Positions 16,364-26,345 of a stretch of DNA of 64,000 nucleotides are shown here, one piece after another. A program made the position numbers and the translations under genes. Each line of letters opens with the position of its first letter. Position 1 is the stretch's first letter. The notes under the pieces were generated by a model. The model ran no database searches and had not been told where the DNA came from. It saw only the letters and a program-made list of their open reading frames with translations. This DNA comes from an uncultured Erysipelotrichaceae bacterium (GTDB lineage: Bacteria > Bacillota_I > Bacilli_A > RFN20 > CAG-826), in the NCBI GenBank assembly GCA_900314585.1, contig OMVV01000004.1, positions 34,166 to 98,165 on the forward strand. Reading direction: 5' to 3'.

Positions 16364-16954
16364 ATGGAAAACAACATTTTATCGACATTAACTAGTGAGG
16401 AAAAACGTTTCTTAAAGGTAGAAACATATTCTCCAAAACAAATCGTTTTCAAAGAAGGTGAACGATGCGAAGTAATCTCAATCGTTATTTCTGGTGGTGT
16501 TCAAATCACATCGTATTCATTCTCGGGAAAAGAAGTTATTTTTAATACTCTTAGTAAGAATCAAATCTTTGGGAATAATTTGGTGTTCTCATCTGATCCA
16601 ACTTATAAAGGCAATGTCATTCCAAACTCTAAAACCACTCTTGTTCATATCAAAAAAGAAGACTTGATAACTTTGTTATCTTCAAATAAAAAGTTCTTAG
16701 AAGAATATTTAAAGATTCAATCAGATTTTGGGAAAGAACTTAATTCGCAAATAAAACTATTCTCAATCGACTCCGCAAAAGAGAGATTTGAATACTATTT
16801 GTTTATAAACAAAAATGAGATTAGTTACAAGAGCGTTTCTAATCTCGCTCATAAGTTAAATCTCAAACGCGAAACATTATCGCGATTGTTATCGAAGTTA
16901 GAAAAAGAGAACGTCATAGAGCGTTCCCTTCATAAGATAATTAAAACTAATTAG
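16364..16954 (+). CDS. Crp/Fnr-family transcriptional regulator
   Basis: N-terminal cNMP-binding beta-roll (FKEGE...G) and C-terminal HTH ([27 protein letters not shown]). Confidence 0.8.
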   Translation: MENNILSTLTSEEKRFLKVETYSPKQIVFKEGERCEVISIVISGGVQITSYSFSGKEVIFNTLSKNQIFGNNLVFSSDPTYKGNVIPNSKTTLVHIKKEDLITLLSSNKKFLEEYLKIQSDFGKELNSQIKLFSIDSAKERFEYYLFINKNEISYKSVSNLAHKLNLKRETLSRLLSKLEKENVIERSLHKIIKTN

Positions 16955-18147
16955 TCCTTGAGCAGCTCTTCAATTGGCTTACCAATTTGATTATCTGTTT
17001 TCTTTAGACCAAAGTTTTCTAAGATAGTTGCGCCGATATCAGCGAAGGTTTCTCTTTCTTCAAGATAGCGACCATTTTTGAATGATTTACTATAGCAAAG
17101 TAGAGGGACTTTTTCTCTGGTGTGATCGGTGCCAGTGTGAGTTGGGTCATTGCCATGGTCGGCTGTGACCATAACTAAATCATCATCTTTTACAACTTTG
17201 AGAAGTTCGCCAAGTTTAACGTCGAATTCTTCAAGACACTTACCATAACCGATTGGGTTACGACGATGTCCATATTCAGAATCGAATTCAACCAAGTTGA
17301 TATAGCATAAACCTTCAAAGTCGTGGTTCTTAGCTTCTTCAATGGTTTTGTTCATTCCATCGATATTAGAAACAGTCTTTTGAGTCTTGGTAACACCGAC
17401 TTGATTGAAGATATCACCGATCTTACCAATGCAAGAAGTCATATATCCATTCTCCTTGAGAATATCCATTGTGGTAATTCCACTTGGAGAGACTGCTAAG
17501 TCGTGACGATTTGGAGTACGCTTAAATGAATTCTTGTCTGCACCAACGAACGGACGAGCGATAACACGGCCAACGTAATATTCTGGTCTAAGACAAATTT
17601 CACGAGCAATTTCGCAACAACGATATAATTCTGGAACACCAGTTGTTTCTTCGTGAGCAGCAATTTGCAGAACGCTATCAGCGGATGTATAAACGATTAA
17701 GGAATTATCACGTTTTTGTTCTTCACCGAGTTCAACAAGAATTTCAGTTCCTGAGGCTGCTTTATTACCGATCACTTTGTGACCAGTCTTTTCTTCAAGT
17801 TCATCAATGAGAGCTTGCGGGAATCCGTGATCTGTGAATGTGATGAATGGTTTAGTTGTATAAATACCCATCATTTCCCAGTGACCGGTCATCGTGTCTT
17901 TACCAGCACTTGCTTCACGCATTCTCATCGCATATGAATGTGGATGGCTAACTTTACTTGTACCAAGGATTGGAGCGAGATCTCCTAAACCCATCGCGTT
18001 CATATTTGGGACGTGAAGTCCACCGCATTTTTCAGCAGTATGAACAAATGTATTTGCTCCCTTATCACCAAACTTTTCAGCATCTGGCATTTCACCGATA
18101 CCAACTGAGTCAGTAACAATTACGAATATTCTTTTGAATTTTTTCAT
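16951..18147 (-). CDS. deoB: Phosphopentomutase
   Basis: [14 protein letters not shown]...[10 protein letters not shown]...TADHGNDPT are DeoB hallmarks. Confidence 0.9.
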   Translation of the reverse strand: MKKFKRIFVIVTDSVGIGEMPDAEKFGDKGANTFVHTAEKCGGLHVPNMNAMGLGDLAPILGTSKVSHPHSYAMRMREASAGKDTMTGHWEMMGIYTTKPFITFTDHGFPQALIDELEEKTGHKVIGNKAASGTEILVELGEEQKRDNSLIVYTSADSVLQIAAHEETTGVPELYRCCEIAREICLRPEYYVGRVIARPFVGADKNSFKRTPNRHDLAVSPSGITTMDILKENGYMTSCIGKIGDIFNQVGVTKTQKTVSNIDGMNKTIEEAKNHDFEGLCYINLVEFDSEYGHRRNPIGYGKCLEEFDVKLGELLKVVKDDDLVMVTADHGNDPTHTGTDHTREKVPLLCYSKSFKNGRYLEERETFADIGATILENFGLKKTDNQIGKPIEELLKD

Positions 18148-18181
18148 TGAGCATTTCTCCTCTTACGTTTCTAATTCTATA

Positions 18182-19060
18182 TTATTTGCGTTTTGTAAAC
18201 AAATCATATGCATCAAGAATTCTTTTCGTCGATACATTTGTGTAGATTTGAGTTGTTGATAAATTACTATGTCCAAGCATCTCTTGAAGAGCGCGGAGCT
18301 CTGCTCCATTTTCAAGCATATGGGTTGCAAAGCAATGTCTTAATGTATGTGGAGAGATATCTTCTTCAATATTTGCTTCTTTGGCGTACTTTTTGATTTG
18401 CTTAAAGAAGTATTGTCGAGATAATGGTTCTCCATATCTATTTAAAAATAGATAACCAGTTCTTTTACCAGGATTATGGATTCGGTGTTCATCGATATAT
18501 TTGTTCACAAACTCTAAAGCGTATTCACCAATTGGAACTTTTCTTTGTTTATTACCTTTACCGATGATATCAATGACACCTTTTTCAAGATTGATTTGCT
18601 TTATTTTTAAAGATAAGAGTTCGCTGACACGAAGACCACTTGAATACATGACTTCAAGCATCGTTCGATCTCGATAGCCTTCGTCTTTATTTAGGTCAGG
18701 CGCCGCTAACAAATCTTCAACTTCTTCAACTGAAATAGTCTTTGGTAGATGCTTCATCTTCTTTGGACGATCAAATTCAGGGACTGTGAAGTCGATTATA
18801 TTCTCACGTTTGAGGAATAAGTAAAAGTTCAGGGTTGATGATATTCTTCTTAGGATTGTGGGAACTGATAATTGTTGTTTCATCTGGATAGTGACAAAGT
18901 CACTGATGTCAGTTGGAAGCATGTCTTCAGTCGTGTCTTTGGGAATAGATTCAAAGAATTTTTTAATATCATAGGCATAGTTAACAATCGTCTGTTTTGA
19001 GACGCCGTTTTCAACCTTGAGATATTGAAAATATAGATCTACTGCATCACTTAATTCCAT
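18182..19060 (-). CDS. xerD: Tyrosine recombinase XerD/XerC family
   Basis: R...HxLRH...LGHSNLSTTQIYTNV catalytic signature, ~290 aa. Adjacent to deoB like ripX (xerD) in B. subtilis. The XerC versus XerD assignment rests on synteny only. Confidence 0.65.
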   Translation of the reverse strand: MELSDAVDLYFQYLKVENGVSKQTIVNYAYDIKKFFESIPKDTTEDMLPTDISDFVTIQMKQQLSVPTILRRISSTLNFYLFLKRENIIDFTVPEFDRPKKMKHLPKTISVEEVEDLLAAPDLNKDEGYRDRTMLEVMYSSGLRVSELLSLKIKQINLEKGVIDIIGKGNKQRKVPIGEYALEFVNKYIDEHRIHNPGKRTGYLFLNRYGEPLSRQYFFKQIKKYAKEANIEEDISPHTLRHCFATHMLENGAELRALQEMLGHSNLSTTQIYTNVSTKRILDAYDLFTKRK

Positions 19061-20246
19061 ATTTCTTATCTCTTAAAGAATCCGCTGCTGTTTTGAAAAC
19101 AGCTTTGTTCATTTTTCTATTTAGTTCACCGATGAGCAGCTTTGCTGCGCATTCATCTTGAATTTCATCATAGTTATCAAAGATAGACATTTGAATCACT
19201 TCATCAATTGGGTCGATTAAGTTTTGAAGGGTTACCCCTGCTAATCTAAACAGTTTTGAAGATAGGTTTGCTTTTAATAAATCAAGCGAGACATCAAAGA
19301 TAACTTGGAAATCATTAGTGGCTTTATCAATCTTCTTCGACCTGGTAATGACTTTACGGTCACTATCTTTGAGAGTTAATTGAATCGTTGAACCGACCTT
19401 ATTTGCCTCTTTAGCGCGATCAGATACTTCCTTAGAAAGATCACGAACATATTCTTTGATTATATCAAAATTATTCGTATTGAATTTAAAGGTTGTTGAA
19501 TTACCGATTGATTTTGGATCAAACGGTTCAGTTTCAACGACATCGCTACCATAGCCAGTTATCCAATCTTTGATTGCGTAATAAAACTTACCGAATACTT
19601 GCTTGGTCGCTTCATCATTATTTTCAATTCGTTTAGCTAAATCACCGATGGTGTTTATTCCCATCGCTCTCAGCTTAGGTGCAGTTTTTTTACCGATGCC
19701 AAAGAATGATTCAATTGGAAGAGGATATAAAATATCCGGAATATCTTTTCTTCTAATAACGGTGATGCCCATTGGCTTTTTATAGTCGGAGCCCATCTTC
19801 GCTAAAAACTTGGTTGATGCAACTCCAATGGAACACATTAAACCAGTTTCTTTATATAAAGAGTCTTGGATATTTTTGATATATCCTAAAGGATCTTTAA
19901 CGCCTTTTAAGGCTTCACTCATATCGACAAAGCATTCATCGATTGAAGCTTGTTCAATAATCGAAGAGTATCTTTTAACAAAGTTAATGAATTCGCGTGA
20001 CTTCTTCGAATATAAGTCATAATGACCATGAATGATAATTAGATTTGGACATAACTTAATCGCCTGAAAGGTTGGCATTCCAGAATGGACGCCATATTTA
20101 CGCGCTTCATAAGAGCAAGTTGAAACAATGCCTGCCCTACCTTCATGACCAATGATGACTGGTTTACCTTTAATAGAAGGATCAAGTAGCTCTTCACACC
20201 TAACAAAAAAGGCGTTCAAGTCAATGTGTAATATAACTTTTGCCAC
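19047..20246 (-). CDS. dinB: DNA polymerase IV (Y-family)
   Basis: ILHIDLNAFFVRCE, SIDECF and the little-finger region. ~400 aa. Confidence 0.9.
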   Translation of the reverse strand: MAKVILHIDLNAFFVRCEELLDPSIKGKPVIIGHEGRAGIVSTCSYEARKYGVHSGMPTFQAIKLCPNLIIIHGHYDLYSKKSREFINFVKRYSSIIEQASIDECFVDMSEALKGVKDPLGYIKNIQDSLYKETGLMCSIGVASTKFLAKMGSDYKKPMGITVIRRKDIPDILYPLPIESFFGIGKKTAPKLRAMGINTIGDLAKRIENNDEATKQVFGKFYYAIKDWITGYGSDVVETEPFDPKSIGNSTTFKFNTNNFDIIKEYVRDLSKEVSDRAKEANKVGSTIQLTLKDSDRKVITRSKKIDKATNDFQVIFDVSLDLLKANLSSKLFRLAGVTLQNLIDPIDEVIQMSIFDNYDEIQDECAAKLLIGELNRKMNKAVFKTAADSLRDKKYGIK

Positions 20247-20289
20247 GCCTCTATTTTATAGAATCAACAATATTATGTTAACCAAAATG

Positions 20290-22170
20290 TTATTTATCTT
20301 GTTTTAATTGTGCAATTATCTGGCTTGGAAGCAAACCAAATCGTTCAAGTTGTTGATTGATTGAACCTTGCTTCACAAAGATATTTGGGATAGAAAACGC
20401 CTTTAAAGCCCCCTTAAATCTCTTTTCGAGTAAATATGAAGACGTTAGATTTACAAGGCTTCCTTGGGTGCTATAAGGGTCATAAATGACAATTTGTGAA
20501 TAGCCAAGAAGCTCATCAAGCATCTTTTTATCGATTGGATTAAGGTAAATGGCGTTCACCACCGTCGCATCAATATTGTTTTCCTTTAACAAAGGAAGAA
20601 GTTCTCTAACACTTGGACCACAGGAAATAATCGCTAAATCTTTCTTAGAAGACTCAGCTAACTTAATCCAAGTTCCATATGGAATATTAACACTGTTAAT
20701 CTTTTCAGGTTTATTAAGTAAAGTACGTGGTAAACGGATAAAGAATGGACCGTGTTTAGCAAATGATTCATCAAACAACGCTTTTGCCTCGTCCGCGTTA
20801 GATGCGATTGTGATTGTCACATTTGGGATACTACTTAAGTAAGCTTCATCATAGATGCCTTGGTGAGTTTCACCATCCGCCCCCACTAATCCAGAACGAT
20901 CAACCAAGAATGTGGCTGAGCAATTCATGCGCGCTAAATCGTGCGATACTTCGTCATATGCACGTTGTAAGAAGGTCGAGTAAATCGAAATAATCGGGTG
21001 ATAACCACTTAGTGAAAGCGCACTCGCAAGGGTAACCGCGTGTTCTTCGGCTATGCCGACATCGATGACTCTATCTTTATATTTAGGAGATAAGTTGTCT
21101 AAACCCGCTCCTTTAATGGTGGCTGGAGAAATAAGAATAGCATTTTTATGTTCCTCAAGTTCACTTTCGCATAGATCACTATACAAGTGAGACCAAGAAA
21201 TTTGTCCTTCATGGAGATTATTTGGTTTACCAGTTTCGATATTAAATGGTGAAACACCATGCCAATAGCCAGTCTCATCGTTTTCTGCGAATTGATAACC
21301 TTTACCTTTCAAGGTACAAGCGTGAATAACAACTGATTTAGATGTGTTCTTTGCACGAGCGATGGCTTTTTCAATTGCTTTAATATTATGGCCATCAACT
21401 GGACCGATATAGGCAAAGCCTAAATCCTGGAAAATGTTTGGAGCGACCAAGTGACGTTTGAACCAGTTTTTGATACTGCTGAAGAATTTGTAAATTCCCG
21501 ATTTCTTGTTCTTTTTGTTCATCCTTCTTCTTATAGAAGATTTGAAGCGGTTATAACCAGCGGATGTTGAAATCTTCGCGAATGATTTAGCAAGACCACC
21601 AACTGGTTTAGAAATGGACATGCCATTGTCATTTAAGACAATAATCACTTTGTGATCGGAATGAGCGATGTTGTTTAGACCTTCAAAAGCGAGGCCAGAA
21701 ACAATTGATGAATCGCCAACAAAGGCGACAATATCGTATTTTTCATTGTTTAAATCACGGGCAATGGCAAAGCCATTTGCAGCAGATATTGATGTTGATG
21801 AATGCCCTGCTTCATATGGATCATAGACAGATTCATTCATTTTCTGGAAACCAGAAACACCTTCTTGAGTGCGGAGTTTTTCTAAAGAACGTCCAGTTAA
21901 AATCTTGTGAGTGTAAGATTGATGACCGACATCGAAAATGAGTTTATCCTTTGAAAAATCAAAGGAACGATGTAAAGCAATCGTAAGTTCCACTGCTCCA
22001 AGGTTACTGGAAAGATGGCCACCGTATTTGGAGGTCTTATCTAGTAGATAGCTACGAATATCGCTAGCGAGCACATCGAGTTCTTTATAAGAAAGGTCCT
22101 TTAAAAACTTGGGATCTTTGATTTGATCTAAGTCGATGTGTTTAACTTTGTTAACCTTGGAATTTGACAT
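20290..22170 (-). CDS. dxs: 1-deoxy-D-xylulose-5-phosphate synthase
   Basis: GGHLSSNLGAVELTIALH, GDS.. thiamine-PP motif, transketolase-like domains. Position after xseB as in Bacillus. Confidence 0.95.
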   Translation of the reverse strand: MSNSKVNKVKHIDLDQIKDPKFLKDLSYKELDVLASDIRSYLLDKTSKYGGHLSSNLGAVELTIALHRSFDFSKDKLIFDVGHQSYTHKILTGRSLEKLRTQEGVSGFQKMNESVYDPYEAGHSSTSISAANGFAIARDLNNEKYDIVAFVGDSSIVSGLAFEGLNNIAHSDHKVIIVLNDNGMSISKPVGGLAKSFAKISTSAGYNRFKSSIRRRMNKKNKKSGIYKFFSSIKNWFKRHLVAPNIFQDLGFAYIGPVDGHNIKAIEKAIARAKNTSKSVVIHACTLKGKGYQFAENDETGYWHGVSPFNIETGKPNNLHEGQISWSHLYSDLCESELEEHKNAILISPATIKGAGLDNLSPKYKDRVIDVGIAEEHAVTLASALSLSGYHPIISIYSTFLQRAYDEVSHDLARMNCSATFLVDRSGLVGADGETHQGIYDEAYLSSIPNVTITIASNADEAKALFDESFAKHGPFFIRLPRTLLNKPEKINSVNIPYGTWIKLAESSKKDLAIISCGPSVRELLPLLKENNIDATVVNAIYLNPIDKKMLDELLGYSQIVIYDPYSTQGSLVNLTSSYLLEKRFKGALKAFSIPNIFVKQGSINQQLERFGLLPSQIIAQLKQDK

Positions 22171-22182
22171 AAGACTATATAA

Positions 22183-22200
22183 CTACTAAATATCTACTAA
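22183..22200. repeat. Two phased CTACTAA direct repeats (spacing 11 bp)
   Basis: CTACTAAatatCTACTAA. The 21-mer at 22181-22201 is identical to 5158-5178. Occupies -13 to -30 relative to the dxs ATG. Confidence 0.8.
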
Positions 22201-22223
22201 TTATGTTTTGCTAACTTAAAAAG

Positions 22224-22412
22224 TTATTTTTGTAGTTCCTCAATTTTCTTTTCGGCTTCTTTCAAAGTCTTTTCTAATGTCGAAATAAGCTTCTTGCCTT
22301 CTTCATAGAGTTTTAATGATTCTTCCAAAGGAAGAGTTTCGTTTTCAATCTTGGAAACGATTTCTTCGAGTTTCTTTAATGATGCTTCGAAGTCAATTTT
22401 TTCATTAGCCAT
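22224..22412 (-). CDS. xseB: Exodeoxyribonuclease VII small subunit
   Basis: 62-aa helical protein (FEASLKKLEEIV..LE...LPLEESL.LYEEG). Overlaps the end of xseA. Confidence 0.9.
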   Translation of the reverse strand: MANEKIDFEASLKKLEEIVSKIENETLPLEESLKLYEEGKKLISTLEKTLKEAEKKIEELQK

Positions 22413-23613
22413 TGTTTTTCTCCTTACTGGTAACTACCGAGGTAATTGTACCGCCACTAACAAGCGTTTTAACACTTGTGTTAATTTTAACGTCATCAAT
22501 ACTTTTAATGACCTTTTTATTTTCATCCATCATCACTGAGTAACCTCTTTTAAGAGTGGAATCCACACTTAGGGAGTTTAGTCTAAGTTTGAATGAAGAT
22601 AATTTTTCGTTTTTCATCTTAATAAGATGATTGATTGCTAGATCGATTCTAGAATCATAGTTTTTCACTTCCTTAAGAGCGTCCTCATACATCGATTTTG
22701 GATTGATGAAGAAGGATCTGTTTTTAATATTGTCGAGGCGAGTCTTGTAATTATTAATTAAATTAATTAATACATCATCGATTTCGTCCTCGTAGTTATG
22801 AAGTGATTCGTAGATTTCCCTTTTATCGATGGTTGCGAGTTCTGCTGCTCCTGTTGGAGTAGACGCACGCGCATCCGCTACATAATCTAAGAGAGTGAAG
22901 TCGATCTCATGACCAACCGCCGATATAATCGGCACTGGGAATTTAGCGGCTTCTCGAACAAGAGTTTCATCATTAAATGCTGATAAATCTTCACTTGCAC
23001 CACCACCTCGACCGATGATGAGCGTATCAATTTCAGCGTTTTTGGCCTTATTTAGGGCTTCTAGGAGCGCTTTTGGGGCGTCATTACCTTGGACAAGGGA
23101 TGGGAATATTTCTAGCCTTAGAAGCGGATTTCTTCTAAGAAGATTGGTTTTAATATCCGCTAAAGCAGCTGAGTTAGGAGCGCTAATCACACCGATCGCT
23201 CTTGGGAAGAGTTTAATTTTGCGCTTGCGGCTCAGATCGAACAAGCCTTCGCTAGCGAGTTTCTTTTTAAGCATTTCTAACTCTAAGAGTTGGTTACCTT
23301 TTCCAAATAACTCGATCGCTTGCGCATAGAATTGATATTCTCCCCTTTGGGGATAGACTGATACATAACCAGTCGCAATAACTTCATCGCCATCTTTAAG
23401 ATTTTCACTCATATACTTTGTATATCCTTGGAAGATCACCGCTTTTATTGATGATTCTTCATCCTTAAGGACAAAGTAGATGTGACCAGATGGATAGCGT
23501 TTGAAGTTTGATATTTCACCTTTGAGTTGTAATCCTCGTAACGTAAAATCATTATCAAACATTTGTTTGATGTAGCGATTTAGACTCGTTACAGTGTGAA
23601 TTACTTTGCTCAT
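22405..23613 (-). CDS. xseA: Exodeoxyribonuclease VII large subunit
   Basis: OB-fold N-terminus (GEISNFKRYPSGHIYF.LKD) plus catalytic and coiled-coil regions. Confidence 0.9.
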   Translation of the reverse strand: MSKVIHTVTSLNRYIKQMFDNDFTLRGLQLKGEISNFKRYPSGHIYFVLKDEESSIKAVIFQGYTKYMSENLKDGDEVIATGYVSVYPQRGEYQFYAQAIELFGKGNQLLELEMLKKKLASEGLFDLSRKRKIKLFPRAIGVISAPNSAALADIKTNLLRRNPLLRLEIFPSLVQGNDAPKALLEALNKAKNAEIDTLIIGRGGGASEDLSAFNDETLVREAAKFPVPIISAVGHEIDFTLLDYVADARASTPTGAAELATIDKREIYESLHNYEDEIDDVLINLINNYKTRLDNIKNRSFFINPKSMYEDALKEVKNYDSRIDLAINHLIKMKNEKLSSFKLRLNSLSVDSTLKRGYSVMMDENKKVIKSIDDVKINTSVKTLVSGGTITSVVTSKEKNNG

Positions 23614-24011
23614 AAGGTTTTATCTAAGACAGCGTTGATAAATTTGTAATCGTCTTTATCTAAATACTTTTTCGCTAAGCGAACTGCTAAATCGATGACG
23701 ATGCTTTTATCGACGCCACCGATAATTTTGAAGTTGGTGTAACTCATCAAAAGAATTGCTCTAGCAATCGCATTTATACGATCAAATTTCCATTTTGGCA
23801 TGTTGACCTGATATTTTGCTTTAATATCATTGATATTAGATAACGATTTAATCACTACTTCTTTTGAAAACAAAGGCACATCTTCATATGGAAGCATGTA
23901 AACTCCTTCTAAAACGTCTTCAAGGGAGAAAACTTCATCCATTTCTAGATAAAGCAAAGCATCATAGATGCTAATCATGATTAATTCGTGCTCTTTGTTT
24001 CGGCTTAACAT
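23610..24011 (-). CDS. nusB: Transcription antitermination factor NusB
   Basis: ~130-aa all-helical NusB-like protein. asp23-nusB-xseA synteny. Confidence 0.8.
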   Translation of the reverse strand: MLSRNKEHELIMISIYDALLYLEMDEVFSLEDVLEGVYMLPYEDVPLFSKEVVIKSLSNINDIKAKYQVNMPKWKFDRINAIARAILLMSYTNFKIIGGVDKSIVIDLAVRLAKKYLDKDDYKFINAVLDKTL

Positions 24012-24337
24012 TAAACAATCTCCAAAATGTTGATGTTAACATCAAATGGTACTGATTCAGTATAGGCCATTAAGATGTTAGCGACACTTTCTTCGATTTT
24101 CACACAAACATCGTTAGCGTTCGCGCTTTTATCGATGTTGATTGAAATCGCAATTTTAACTCGACCATTTCTTTGGAAAATAGCCTGGACAGGTTTAGAA
24201 AGCTTGAAGCTTTTCTTAGCAAGGGCAACTCCTTTCACGTGGTTGACCGCTTCGGTTGCTAAAGACTCAAAGACCTGTCTTGAAATCATTAAGTCTCCTT
24301 TTTTGGAATTAGGATTGGTTTTGACATAATCCGCCAT
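24011..24337 (-). CDS. Asp23/Gls24-family (alkaline shock) protein
   Basis: ~108 aa, GDLMISRQVFESLA..A...V.GV pattern. Position upstream of nusB as for Bacillus yqhY. Confidence 0.75.
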   Translation of the reverse strand: MADYVKTNPNSKKGDLMISRQVFESLATEAVNHVKGVALAKKSFKLSKPVQAIFQRNGRVKIAISINIDKSANANDVCVKIEESVANILMAYTESVPFDVNINILEIV

Positions 24338-24355
24338 AAGAATCCTCCTTTCAAA

Positions 24356-26317
24356 TTATAAATTTGATAAGACAAATTTCACCAAATGTTCAGCAGTGAA
24401 ATCATAGGCTTTGATCGCATCTTTTGCAGGTGCGGATGTGCCAAATGTATCAATGCCCATCACGTGATCAGCGTATTTATACCAACCAAATGAAGAGAGC
24501 ATTTCCACAGCAAAGACTTTGTCTTTAGAAACGCCTAAGACACTCTCACGATACTGTTTATCTTGCTTATCAAATAGATAAGTTGATGGCATTGAAACAA
24601 CGCGGACATCAACACCTCTAGCAAGAAGCTCTTTTTGCGCTTCAACTGCTAAAGAAACTTCTGAGCCGGTTGCAACGATGGTTGCGTCTAAACGTTTAGA
24701 TTCTTTGCTTATGATATAAGCACCCTTTTCAACTTCTTTATATTTTGACGCTAAAAGTGGAAGGTTTTGTCTTGAAAGAATCAAAGCTGTTGGTGTTTCT
24801 TTACTTTCAAGAGCGACTTTCCATGCCGCATATGTCTCACGAGCGTCACATGGACGAATAACGTTAACATTTGGAATACTTCTTAGCATAGCTAATTGTT
24901 CGATTGGTTGATGGGTTGGACCATCTTCACCGACCGCCAAGGAGTCGTGAGAGAGTAAATAGATGCCTGGGAGCTTGCTTAATGCGGCCATTCTCACCGC
25001 TGCTTTCATATAATCGACGAAGACTAAGAAAGCACCGACATAGGTCTTTAGACCTCCATGGAGCAACATACCATTTTGAGCAGCTGCCATTTCAAATTCA
25101 CGAATACCCCAGTTGACGTTGCGTCCTTTTGGAGTTTTTGGTGAGAAGTTCACGCCATCGGTGATCTTAGTCATAACTGAACCGGCGACGTCGGCGGAAC
25201 CACCCATTAAGAATGGAACTTTATTATAAAGTTCATTGAGAGCTTTTCCTGAGCTAACACGGGTTGAATCGTTATTATCTGGATCAAATTTTGGCTCGCC
25301 TTTTAAGTATGCGGAGACATCTCCATTAACAGCGCGTTCGAATTTCTTGAACGCTCCAGAGTGTTTTTCTTTATAAGAAGCGAGGGTCTTTTGATATTCC
25401 TTATAAGCAGCTTCACCACGTTTAGCGAATGTGTTTTTGAAATGATCATAAACTTCTTGAGGAATTTCAAAAGCTGGATAATTGTAGCCATAGAAGGCTT
25501 TAGCCTTTTGACCATCTTCTTCACCAAGTGGGTTGCCATGCACTTTGCAAGTACCTTGCTTTTCACTACCATAACCAATCACGGTGTGAACAATGATTAA
25601 GGTTGGTTTAGATTTTGATGTTTTAGCTTTGCTAATTGCTTCGTTAATCGCATCGATATCATTACCATCTTCAACTTCTAAAACATTCCAGTTAGAGGCT
25701 TTGAATCTACCTTTAACATTTTCTGAGAATGATAAATCAAGACTACCATCTAATGTAACTGCATTAGAATCGTAGAATAAGATGAGTTTATTGAGTTTAT
25801 GATGTCCCGCTAAAGAGATGGCTTCTTGGGATAATCCTTCTTGTAAACAGCCATCACCACAAAGGACATATGTATAGTGAGAGCAAAGCTCCTTACCCTG
25901 TGGGTATTGATGAGCGACTGCGCGTTCGGCCATAGCCATACCAACAGCTTGGGCGATGCCTTGTCCTAAAGGACCACTAGTAGCATCGACACCTTTGGTG
26001 TGTCTAAATTCTGGGTGACCTGGGGTGAGACTTCCGAGTTGTCTAAATGATTTTAAATCATCGAGGCTAACTTCGTATCCGCATAAATGAAGCATCGTGT
26101 ATAAAAGCGAGGATGCATGTCCGGCGGAAAGGACGAAACGGTCACGGTTGAACCACATTGGTTCTTTTGGATTAGCGACTAAGTGGTTGCTAAACAAGGT
26201 GTACATGATAGGTGCACTACCTAAAGCCATGCCTGGGTGACCAGATTTGGCTTTGTTAACTACATCGATACATGTGGCGCGAATCGCGCTAACTGCTAAT
26301 TTGTCAATTTGTTGCAT
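24356..26317 (-). CDS. tkt: Transketolase
   Basis: SGHPG, GHAS, GPLGQG, CGDGCLQEG, GEDGPTHQP motifs. 653 aa. Confidence 0.95.
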   Translation of the reverse strand: MQQIDKLAVSAIRATCIDVVNKAKSGHPGMALGSAPIMYTLFSNHLVANPKEPMWFNRDRFVLSAGHASSLLYTMLHLCGYEVSLDDLKSFRQLGSLTPGHPEFRHTKGVDATSGPLGQGIAQAVGMAMAERAVAHQYPQGKELCSHYTYVLCGDGCLQEGLSQEAISLAGHHKLNKLILFYDSNAVTLDGSLDLSFSENVKGRFKASNWNVLEVEDGNDIDAINEAISKAKTSKSKPTLIIVHTVIGYGSEKQGTCKVHGNPLGEEDGQKAKAFYGYNYPAFEIPQEVYDHFKNTFAKRGEAAYKEYQKTLASYKEKHSGAFKKFERAVNGDVSAYLKGEPKFDPDNNDSTRVSSGKALNELYNKVPFLMGGSADVAGSVMTKITDGVNFSPKTPKGRNVNWGIREFEMAAAQNGMLLHGGLKTYVGAFLVFVDYMKAAVRMAALSKLPGIYLLSHDSLAVGEDGPTHQPIEQLAMLRSIPNVNVIRPCDARETYAAWKVALESKETPTALILSRQNLPLLASKYKEVEKGAYIISKESKRLDATIVATGSEVSLAVEAQKELLARGVDVRVVSMPSTYLFDKQDKQYRESVLGVSKDKVFAVEMLSSFGWYKYADHVMGIDTFGTSAPAKDAIKAYDFTAEHLVKFVLSNL

Positions 26318-26345
26318 TTTTATTTCTCCTTAATTTATTTATAAA

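Noticed and set aside
18182-20246. Tyrosine recombinase plus DinB as a possible integrative element
   Set aside because: The recombinase has XerC/D length and motifs and sits beside deoB as in Bacillus. There are no flanking direct repeats, tRNA target, excisionase or cargo genes. I interpret it as the chromosomal Xer recombinase acting at the nearby dif-like site.
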